Source: Gonapodya sp. JEL0774 (taxonomy: Eukaryota). From it: a DNA stretch of 64,000 bases. The notes under the pieces are model-generated. The model did not search any database, had not been told where the DNA came from, and saw only the letters and a list, made by a program, of their open reading frames with translations. The first letter of the stretch is position 1, and each line of letters opens with the position of its first letter. The stretch is taken from assembly GCA_027604505.1 (NCBI GenBank), contig JADIIX010000089.1:1-64000 (forward strand), given 5' to 3'. A program made the position numbers and the translations under genes. Below are positions 23,762-34,539 of the stretch, piece by piece.

Positions 23762-26700
23762 TCAGTGTGCAGGTGGGACCCTCCTAGAAATTTCCGCTGC
23801 AAATTCAACTTCATCCATATCAAAGCCTTCAAACTCTTGAAGGCTCCTTACTTTCTTCCTGAAACGTCTCTCCATCCTGAAGAGTAATACAGCATCAGCT
23901 CAAATAAGCACAAAGAAGAAAAAGAAATGTTGAGATCACAAAACCCACACACGGCAGGAGACAAAGTATATCTGTTGATCAGGATATCCAAGCTTCTCAA
24001 ACTTGGGAGCCAAAAATGATTCAACCTCTTTTCGAAGGGTGTTCTTTGCATCCAGAAGATTTCTTTTATAAATTGAATCATCATCATCCTCATGCTCCAT
24101 CCTATTGATCTTTGCCTTCAGACTGATATCTGTCTTGCAGTGAACAAAAATGACAGGAATTTCAAAAGGAAATGCTGCAATTGTTTCGAGCATGCGCATT
24201 TCCCCTTCTGAAAACCTGCAGTGGGAATGCGCTCTTGAATTTTGTTTCAAAGCCCACTGAAGAAACCCAATCGTACCTGTTTCCTGTTACAATAACAACA
24301 GAATCAAATGCAAAGAGTCTTTTGTCTTTCAAATATGTCAGAGAAGGATGTGCAACTGTGTCACACCCTGGGAGATCAAATAAATTAATGTCTGGTGGCA
24401 AATCATACTTCCTAGTTATAATGGAACTCAGTCAGAGAGTCTAGAGCAAAGGGATATAGGATTTTTTCCTTACCGAATTGTATTTGTTGTCTCAATTTCA
24501 CCAGTAGGGGCAGCCCCATCTTCCATATCACGCACTTGCCGTAACCTGGCACAAACTTAGTAAAAACTTGATGGCAATAGTAGAGATTCATAACTCACAT
24601 ATTGATAATTGTGCTCTTGCCTGTTCCTGCCTTTCCACTTATTGCAACATTCTTCTTGTCACTGTCTACTCCCAACTCATATTTTGCCACATTGATAGCT
24701 TTCTCAAACCACTTCTCAGCCTCAGAAAGATCTTTGTCTACCCCACATTCTCCATTATAAAAAAATGTCCCAAGTGCAAACTGTGCATCCAAGTTCCCAA
24801 ATTCTCCATTAGTTGCAGCTTTGTTGTACCAAAGGATAGCAGATTTGAAGTCCTTCACAAGCACACCCAGTCCATGCTGATAATAAAATGCTAGCCTTTC
24901 CTGAGCCTTGGAATTGCTCAACTCTGCAGCTCTCAAGAGTAGTTGGGAGGCTTCCTTCAAGTCCTGGGAATCTTCTGCAAGTTTGCAAAGATAAGATGGA
25001 TCAGATTCATTAATCTGAAGCTTTGGATATTCTGGAGTTTTTGGTTCTGAGCTGTAACTCCCAGCAAATGTTCAACCTTGAACTTTGTTTAAGGGTGGAA
25101 AATACTCACACATGTTCAAAGATTCTCTGCTTAATGGTGGAGAATGTTGGCCTATGTTGGGGAGCATCCAATAAACACTCATTCATAAGTGTTTGAAGCC
25201 ACAGTGGCATGTTTGAGCCTTGTGGGAGGGAGGGTCGCATTCCATCAAAAATGATGTGCTGAAATACTGTTGGTGTGAGTCCCTTATATGGTTCCTCCTG
25301 TGTCCACATCTTGAAAATGATAAAAAATTGTGAGCTATGAAGTATGGGCACACAATCCCTTGTTACATGACTTACTGCATATATTGATATGCCAAAAGCA
25401 TAGACATCATCCTCCATACTTGGGCCTTCACCTGCTAGACGTTCTGGCGACATAAAAGAAGCTGTACCAGGTGTACTGGCAGTATTTAGATCTGAAATCT
25501 CCCCACTTGTTGTAGCAGGAGCCACAGATTCCAATGGAGCAACTCTTTCTGTCTGTGAATATTGAACAGAATGACTGCAGAGTATGAAGAGCTTACGGAA
25601 TATTAAAGAATCTCACCCCCAGGTTTACTGGCAAATGCGCTGTGACATTTCTCATTGTTGACTTTGCAAATCCAAAGTCAGTTATAACACCTCTTCCATT
25701 TTGAGACACCAGAAGCTGTTGAGGCTTCACATCACAATGTACCACACCCTGGCCATGCAGATACTCAAGAGCCTCTGCAAAATCACGCAACTGTGATTGT
25801 AAAATGGGGGTATCCATTCATGATCAGTGCTAGCAAGAAAGTGATGAATGAGCACTTACAAGAATGAGTGTTGGAGCTGCTCTCTGAGGCCCTGCTGGAA
25901 ATGTCTTCAGGTATTTTTGTGCATCTCCATTCTCCATAATGGGTGAAATGAATGTCCAAACAAGACCATCACGTATGACACCATAAAGTGGCAGAACCCT
26001 GGGAGATGTAACATTGAACCAAATTGCAGCCTCATTATTGAACTCCTAGCAGAGAGCAACACATCAGAAATTCTGTTAGATAATGACGACTGATTGACCT
26101 ACTTTCTTACTGTAACCCTCCCTCTGGAAATCAATTGTTTTAACGGCAACTGGAACCTTTTTAAGCCAAAGTCCCCGCCACACGGTCCCATATCCACCAG
26201 TACCAAGGATTTGATCCCGCTTGCAAAAGACATCCCTCTCGTCGACCTCCCAAATTGCAGGAAGGCTGAGTTGACGCAGCTTGAAAGGTCTGGACCCTGT
26301 GCGGCCCCGCATTTCGTTCTTCTTCACAACTTTCGGCGGGGCCAAGGTAACAACTTTTTGGACGTTCAAATCTACAAGCCGCGCGTCGGTTTCCCAGGCG
26401 TTGGGGAAAGGTCGTCCGGTTTCCCATTCGTTGGGGACAGTACTTGCAGGCACATGGACAGACTCCGCAGGTCCACCATTGTCCGTGTCAACTGCGGCAT
26501 TTGCAACGGGGAGTGAGAGATCTGTGAACGCTGTCTCGAGAACCACATGGTTGGTCGCCTCAACTGGTTCCTCGTCGGCACGCCTGTTGCCAGATTCCAT
26601 CGCCTCGACGGAGATGGTTTTCATACGGCGCGGTGGTTGGAGCCCCATTTGCGACGGGAGTGATTTGGTTCGTGGGTGGATGAGGGGGGGTCCTGAATCC

Positions 26701-27047
26701 TCCAATATGCCATAATGTCCTGGGTGGAGTCCTGTCATGTTCGTGGGCAAGCCATATCGTGGGGGACTTGTCTTCTTGATCGCAGATAAATAATCGTAAA
26801 ATTCCATACTGTCTCTTGGGATTGCTCGCAGGGGCCGCCGCTGCGAGAAACCACCTAACCATGGTGGTGGGAACGAGTCTTCCGGAAACCGAGATTGGTC
26901 CACCGCCGCTGGTGGTAGTGGTAAGGGCCACGCTCTCAGTGGTGGTGGCCCCGAGTCTTCGTCCACAGCCGCCCGAGCCGCGCCTTCCACACCGATTTCT
27001 CCGCGATCCGGGTCGAATGCATCCGATTCTTTCTCGCGCGACTCCAT
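23762..27047 (-). CDS. Multidomain protein: disordered N-terminus, TKL-type protein kinase, Sel1 repeats, IRG/p47-like GTPase (spliced)
   Basis: Kinase: LGTGGYGTVW, VAVK, HCDVKPQQ, DFG, GTASFMSPE, DVYAFG, HRPTF. Sel1: AQERLAFYYQHGLG..KDFKSAILWYNKAA and AQFALGTFFYNGECGVDKDLSEAEKWFEKA. GTPase: NVAISGKAGTGKSTIIN, AAPTGEIETT, DLPG, CKTD. Confidence 0.85.
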
Positions 27048-27426
27048 GCGGGGGCGGGTTTCTTGAATCTGGTGGGTTGGGTTGTTTGGGATGCTGTGTC
27101 GAATGGGGGGTGCTCAGCCCTTGCACCCTTTCTGCTGACATGGAATCAGCAAGGGAGCTGGGTAAATGAATCACACAATAATGCAATCTTTGGATAACAC
27201 GTACTTTTATGTCCTTCTATCGAGCAAACGCTCTAAACTTGATCTTATAGTCGTGCGACCCTTCCACACGGCGCCTTTTCAGTTTTGTCATTCCTTTTTC
27301 CGACCCCCGCCAAACCCCGCTCGCGCACCATGTCCCGCCCCTACGCAGAACCATCCACGTGATGTATTTTGCAGGTTGAAGCATACTTTGTTTGGGTGTA
27401 CGCCATGTCGCCGGGCACAGGGGAAC

Positions 27427-27474
27427 GCTGGACGGGGGAGGCAAGAGATGGCTGGACGGGGGAGGCAAGAGATG
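27427..27474. repeat. Perfect 24 bp tandem duplication
   Basis: GCTGGACGGGGGAGGCAAGAGATG occurs twice in succession. Confidence 0.95.
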
Positions 27475-28751
27475 GCCGGTGAAAGCAACACCGTCCGCGC
27501 AAGGGAGGACCAATTCGTCGCGTAACCCCTTCCCGACACGAGTCCCGGACCACGCCAGTTGAAACACGGGGTTCCCGAACGCGACGAGGTCGTAGGTGTC
27601 GACGCACCCAGCCGAGCCCACGCCACGAGCCACACCAAAAAATAAGTACGGCTCGCCCCCATGCATGACACTCCACAATGGGGTCTGCTTCATCGTTCCC
27701 GTGACTCTGTATGCAGTTTTCACGTGTTGGCGTGCCCCCATCACTTCCCACGCTCGCGTTTGCGCTTCCGAGCCCAACACCGCCTCCTCGTCCCCCGCAC
27801 ATCGCGATGCTCCTGCCGATCTCGCCGCATGGTCATGCCTACCACACGAAGGATGGATGTACGGCATCGGGGTGAGCACCGTGGTGCGCCGCGCGGGTGC
27901 ACAACGATCGGGCCTGGTCCCTGGGGGCGTGGTGCCCGGACACAGTGGAGGGTACTCGGGACTGGCACGTGCCATAGAGGTCGCTGGGCGGAACTGAACG
28001 GACAGACCGAGCCTGAGCCGCGGGGGTGACTATAAAGGGGGCGGTGGAAAAACTGGAACAAGGGGGTGTGCGCGGTGCCGTTGCCGGTGTCGGAGGTGTG
28101 GTGTGGAGGAGGGGTGGGTTCGCAAGGGGTAAGGTATCCTTGCACCGATCCAATCCAGCCGATCCCTCCTCGCAAATTCGCCGCTTCATTCACGCTTTTA
28201 ACGCTCGGTGCTCATGGTGCTGCGAGGTGCGCTCGTCATCTTTCATGTGGGAACCAAATGCTCTGTGGTTCGCCCGAGTCCCCAGTCAAGACCGAGTCCC
28301 GACGCATGGTGCCCTTCCTCTGTCGGTCTGCCCATAACCATCACACCGAGCACTACAACTCCCACCTCCACGTCCACCCCTCCTTATCCCACATCGGCTA
28401 CGCACTTCTCTTGTCCATCTCCGCGGTCCGCAAGCCCCCGCTGTGGCACCGCCCGCCTTTCCCGTCCGTCACCACACCACTGTGGGGCGCGGACTTTGAC
28501 CCGCACAGGCAATCGCCCCGTCCGTCCCGTCGTGACCTCGCGCGCGGCACCTCTTTGTGCCCGCCCCATCGTGCATTACGCATCACGCGTGCCCCATACG
28601 ATTGCCGCACAGCACAAGGTTGTCCCACCCACTCCTTACCGTGACCCCGTCCCCGAAACCGAGTCACGATCCACGAGCCATGGTTCCACACGCGACGGGG
28701 GGGTATGCATATCGGCGCGGTTCAGTGGTCAGTGTGTCAGTGGTCGGTGGG

Positions 28752-28830
28752 CGGTGGAGACGCCGACAGTGGACAGTGGACTAGTGGGTGGTGGAGACGC
28801 CGACAGTGGACAGGTGAAAGTGGACAGTGG
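28752..28830. repeat. Imperfect tandem repeat
   Basis: GGTGGAGACGCCGACAGTGGACAG occurs twice, plus further AGTGGAC units. Confidence 0.85.
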
Positions 28831-29530
28831 AGGATGCAACATTGTACCTTGCCCGCCTTGTTGGAGTGAAAGAATCAAGTGCAGCCCCCGGTCCTCGTGC
28901 CTAGTGTACGGTAAAGTAAGAATTCAAAAGATACATCAAAAGGTATATAGATATTTCCTATATTTCTACCTCGGGCCGACGGGGATCATTCGCCTCCGGC
29001 GGACTGTGCCCGTCGGTGGCGCGTGGGCGAGGCCGGGGGGTGGGGTGGGGGTGGGGTGGGGGGGAAGAAGAAGAGGAGGGAGGGAGTAAGAGAGAAGAAG
29101 GCAGGGCAAGACAACAGAGAGAAGGGACGAGTCCATCCATCTGGAGGGGCCATGAACTGCAGGGTCCCGACAACGTCTCAGCAATAAAAGAAGAAGAAGA
29201 AAGAGAGATCCGGCATGGAGATACTGCGGATTGTTGAGCTTGAAAGAGTAAAGACATCACAGACGAGTCGAGGGGTGTGGGATGGGACGATGGTGGTGGT
29301 GGTGGGAGGGAAGAAGGGAGAGATTGATGGACTCACCAGGGGAGAGAGAAAGAGAGGGGAAGAGAGGGGAAGAGAGGGGAAGGGGATAGTATAGAGGGAT
29401 GGATGGGAGAGAGGGATGGAGCGGGGAAGGGGAGAAAAGAGAGGTGCCAGGTGGCCTGTGCACGACCACAGTCCGATCACTCCCTGGTGTCTTGAGTGAG
29501 TCTTCACCTTGCACCAGCACCACCACCACG

Positions 29531-32500
29531 ATGGAGTCGACCGAATGGGGAGAATCCAGGGACTCTGCAGATGCAGTGGATGCAGTGGATGCATTGGATG
29601 CACAGCCCTCTGCGCCACTCCCCCCTCCACCCTCCAGGGGCGTCTTTGCCGTCCCCGCAATTCCCATCAGACGTCTGCCGCCTGCCAACCCTCCCGACCC
29701 TCCCGACCCTGCCAACCCTCCCACTCCCACTCCCACTCCTCCCTCCTCCTCCGCCCCCACGCCCGCCCCCACTCCCTCCCCATCTCCTGCTCCAACTCCG
29801 GCCCCGCCTCCCCTCAACTACGAAAAACCTCACTGGAGCGGCCTCCCCAGAGATGTATGGTCATTGGAGGTCATCAAGCAAGGGTGAGTCGAATGGACAG
29901 GGCAGGGGGGAACACGGTCCCTCCACAAAGGGACGGGATTGGCAGGGGATGGTGATGGGGGGCTCAACACGGTCCCACGACAAGGGACAGAAGTCTCTCT
30001 CTCACCTCTCACCTCTCCTCCCTTCTCCCCCGCCCTCTCTCCCCCACCCTGCCCCTGCACCCCGCACCACGCACTCGCCCCCGCACCCCAAAAAGTCTCT
30101 CCCTCTCCACCCTCGAACTCCCCTCCAACAAGGAATATCTCGTCGTCGGTCGACTGCCCTCGTGTGATGTTGAAATGGTCAGTAGATTATAAAGTGGATT
30201 TTGAGTAGGTCGTTGGTGTCCTTGTTTGCTCGTTTCCTCCGTACGGCCTTGTTCACCATACCGTCCCCCCCCACCCCTCACCAGGAACACCCCGTAAGTA
30301 CTCTCCACAAGGGAGATTGGGTGGCGGTGGATGGATGGATTGGATGGATTGGATGGATGGCATGTATGGCACGTATGGCGTGGCCGAGAACCGAGACCCT
30401 TGCGGTGCGGCGGGTCACAGGCACGGGGTGGACGGTGGAGGGGTGGTTGCTGGTCGTGGGGTGACGGTGATGGTGGTGGTCCACCGGAAACGACGGGACC
30501 ACCGGGGACGCGGGGTCGTGGTGCGTTGTGCGTTGTGCGTTGTGCGTGGTGCGTGGTGACGGAAACACACACGCACGGTACACGATCACGGCGGGTCACG
30601 GTCACCACCACCACAGACAGACAGACGTACGAAGGAGATGAGTCGGAACCAACCACGCGACGCAACTCTCACACCCCCACCCATTTTACCGTTCCCGTTC
30701 CCCGTTCCCCGTTCCCCGTTCCTCGTTCCCCCTTCTCCTCCCCCCACCACCGGCAAAATAAAAATTCCCCCACAACCGCCCCCAAGTCCGTCTCCCGCCT
30801 GCACTGCGTCCTCCAGTTCCACGGTACCGACGGGTCACTCCACGTGTACGATTTGGGAACCGCGCATGGGACGAGGGTGAACAAGGTGGGTTGGTGGGTT
30901 GAAGGCGAGGCTTGCGGGGGGGAGAGGGGGGAGGGGCAAAGGGGGAATGGGGATGGGGTAAGGATGGGTAGGTGGGTCGGGAGATGGGGAGGGGCAAAGG
31001 TGGAATGGACACGGGAGGCGGGAGGAGGGAGGAGGGAGGCGGGCGCGCGGTCTGTTGTTGGGTGCCGTGTGCCGTGCGCCGTGTGCCGTGTACCGTGTGC
31101 TGTGTGGGGAATCCCCCGGGCGGGCCCAGGTGCTTTGCGATGTGGATCCGAGTGTCTGATGGTGGCTCTACGCGGCACACCAGCACACGCGTGCGGTGTG
31201 TGGTGTGGCCCCTGTTCTCTTCCCGCTACCCCGTCCCCGTCGTGGCCGCCACCGTGTCGTCCCCGCCGTGGAGCCCATGGCGTCCCGGCCCTTCCTTGCG
31301 ACTCGCCCAACACTCGGACCGGAGTCGCGGCGGGGCGGGGTGTGATGAGGGTTTGCAAGGGGACCGGACTGCACTGGACTGCACGAGACGGGACGGGACT
31401 GGATCTGGATCTGGAACTGGAACTGGAATGGTTCTCGAGAGGTGATGGTTGGAGGTGGGAGGTGGGTGCGGGGGCTCCTCCCGATACCAACACACCACCT
31501 CGCACCCAGCAACCCCGCAACCCCGCAAACCCCCCCTCTCCCGACACGACGGAAACGATCCGACGTCGCGTTTCTTTCCGTGTTTTTGGTTTTTGTAGTG
31601 TGCTCAGTTGGGGCCGATTGTGTTTTGTTCTTTCCATGTTTGGACTCGGTTCACTCACTCTCCCCATACCCACACCCTCAACACTCCTGCCCCCCCAAGA
31701 CCACCCTGCCCCCCCACACCCACCACCGCCTCCACCCGGGCGACCACCTCCGCCTCGGCGCCTCGACCCGCACCCTCGTCGTCTCTGGCGGCCCGCCTCC
31801 AGAACGCTCACGGGGGGCCACGGGGGACGGAGACGACGAGGATGGCGAGGATGGCGAGGACGCGACTGTGCGGGGGGCCCCGCGCGCGGCAGTACCGGTG
31901 GCCACGCCGACACAGGCGGAAGACTTGCACACCGTGACGTGGGGGTTCGGGGAGGACGCGCAGGACGAGGACGGCGGGGTGGAGGCGGATGGAGGGGTGG
32001 ATGAGGTGGTGGAGGTGGATGAGGGGATGGTGGGTTGGGTTGGAGGGAATTGGGGGGGTAGTTGAGGGTGTTGCGGATATTTGCTGGTGGGCATGGTTGG
32101 TGTGGAAAGGTGGCGCCCGGTCCTACCTTGGTTGGATTTATTTGCGAGTCCCCACTGCCGATCACAACGGTGGATCGCAGTGGGGTAAGGGGAAGGGGAA
32201 GGGGGATATCCGTTGCAACGTGCAACCCAACAAGCCACCCGTTACACCTGCCCGGCCCGACAGTGTCCTCCCTCGCTACCAGCGGTGGCGGGGCTCCGGT
32301 CCCGGGTCCCGGGTCCCGCATCGTGGTGTGGTGTGGTGTGGTGTGTCGTTGTTGACGAGTTGACCGTGGCTCGTGACTTGTGGCTCATCGTTTCGGTCCT
32401 TCCCCTCCTACTATGGGATCTGTACACCTCCCGCACCCAAACCGAACATCCATCTGCACTCGCACGAACTAACCGGTGATTGGCACCACTCTACCGTTAC

Positions 32501-34269
32501 GCCCAACCCTTCGCTGCCAACCTCCCACTCTGACAACCAGTTCTACTTCAAGGACCCAAAGAAGGCGATTCGGCACTGGTTGAGCAATCGGTGAGCAAGA
32601 TGAGGGGCGGGCCGCGGGTCTGATGTGGACGGTGGGGAGTGTGGGATGGGGTGTTCGATGGTGGATCACCCCTGTACGGTGGCGTGTTGCTATTTCGATC
32701 ACCCTTTACGGCCACTGTTGGGCATCCCTCATGTGCTGCCTTTCCTCGAAAATTTCACTGCCCCCCAACTTGACTCGCTCCGCATTTCGCCCCCTCCCCA
32801 CCACTGCATCCAACTACAGCGGCTACGACCTCGACTACACCTTCTCCGAAACCGGCAGCGGCCAGTCCCACCTTTACATCGCCACGCTCGACCTTCCCAT
32901 CTCCGACCCAACCTCTGGCGCTCCCATCTCGGGTACGGGCCAAGCGCGTCGAAAACGTGACGCCGAGGTGGAGTGTGCCCTGGACGCGTGCAAGAAGCTG
33001 GACAGGAGGGGTCTGTTGGTGGCTAGTGTGGGCGGGGAAACGGCGGCTGCCAAGGAGCGGGCCGTGAGGAAGAAGAGGGAGGGGGACGACGGGGACGACG
33101 AGTATTTCGACAGGACGGGCGCGGTGGGGAGGAAGAAGGAGAAGGAGAAGGAGAAGGAGAAGAGGGTGGGTGCTGGGGGGGCGGGGGCAGGGGCGGGGAA
33201 AGGGAAAGACGGCAAGGACAAGGTGGAGACATACGAGAGTTTGTCCGCCAAGAAGGCGGAGTTGGTACGCAAGATCGCGGAGGCGAACGCGATGGTAGAG
33301 GCGCTACAGAAGGAGCATGATATAAAGGAAGAGGGCAAGGTCAAGGCAGTGGTGGGGACATTTGAACGTGGGGGGAGTGCGGAGGCGTCCGAAGGGCCAG
33401 GGCACGGTGTGGAGGACGACATGGACGTGGAAGGCGTTCTCAAATCGCTCGAAAAAAAAACAGCTTATGAGAAGGTGGTCAAGGCAAAGCGGGAGGCTGC
33501 GGCGTTGGCGAAGGTGAGTTTGGGCCGTCGCGAATGTGGGGCGGTAGTAGTGGTTGTGAGGCGTTCGACGGTGGTATTGACGCCGATCTGTGATATCCAG
33601 GAACGCGATCGACTCAATCGACTTCTCAAACTCGTCAAGCCCAGTGATATTCTCACGCGCCCTGCCGATCGCTCGGCAACAACGAACCCCCCTTCCGCCA
33701 CTGCTGCCGCTTTTGAGTCACCTGCGAATCCCCCCGTGTGGCCTCCCCCGCAAAATTTGGTCAGCAAAACTTCGACGTCGACTTCAAATAGTGCTGAATC
33801 TGCGCTTCCACCACCGCCTGTGTGGCCTCCGCCTGTGTCGATCTTGGCCAAGAAGCACATCACCGAGGAGGAGGAGTTTATTCCAGAGGAGGAGGAGGAG
33901 GACGACAACAATGAGCATGATAACAGACAGTCGGAGGCGCAGAGCGGACGGAATGAGCGAGAGAGGGAAAGGTCCGTGGACCCAGATGTGCAGGAGCGGA
34001 CAAACAATGACAGCGTGGAGGTTCCCGGAGACCCCCCCACCTCAACGACTCAAAGAGTCCCGCAAAAGCGCGCCGCGGTTGTTTCGCGCCAAAGAGAGCT
34101 GGATGACGATCGTGACATTAAACGGCCAAAACGAACACCAAGGACTTTCGATGCCCGAGACGATGTTGGAGGCGTTGACGACGGTGAAGTTGACGTGGAC
34201 TTTTCTCTGTTAAAGGCCAGTAAGACACAGAAATCGGTCGAAGAGATGAACAGATTGTACGGATACTAG
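29531..34269 (+). CDS. Kanadaptin (SLC4A1AP)-like FHA plus dsRBD-like protein, spliced with long GC-rich introns
   Basis: YEKPHWSG..WSLEVIKQG; spliced FHA YLVVGRLPSCDVEM|EHP|SVSRLHCVLQF..VYDLGTAHGTRVNK..GDHLRLGASTR; VTWGFGEDA; FKDPKKAI; RRKRDAEVECALDACKKLD; DDEYFDRTG; end MNRLYGY*. Confidence 0.85.
30328..32346. repeat. Cluster of intronic microsatellites
   Basis: (GGAT/GGATT)n ~30330, (GTGCGTT)n ~30520, (CCCGTT)n ~30690, (GTGCCGT)n ~31062, (CTGGAW)n ~31400, (GTGTG)n ~32325. Confidence 0.9.
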
Positions 34270-34539
34270 GGCATATTCCAGTTTCGTCCTAGCCACTGAC
34301 TCGAAGAACCTTAGCTCACTTCCGAATGTATGAGAATGCATTTGACAAACTGAATTTATGGATGTAATCAGTTACTAGCTGATACTGCACTGTGAGTACA
34401 GCCTACAATCGAGGACACCTATCAAGTTCTGGAGGAAGTGGCGTTGTGAGGCGTCTTCCTTCGTTTCTCGGGAGCAATTCTAACTCCTCACAGTGAATGT
34501 AACGCATGCATTCTCACAGTAATCAGTTACTCTCACATG

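Noticed and set aside
30331..32321. 550+ aa ORFs on both strands (30331-32004 +, 30669-32321 -)
   Set aside because: Low-complexity products of GC-rich, stop-poor introns. Only short exons within them belong to kanadaptin.
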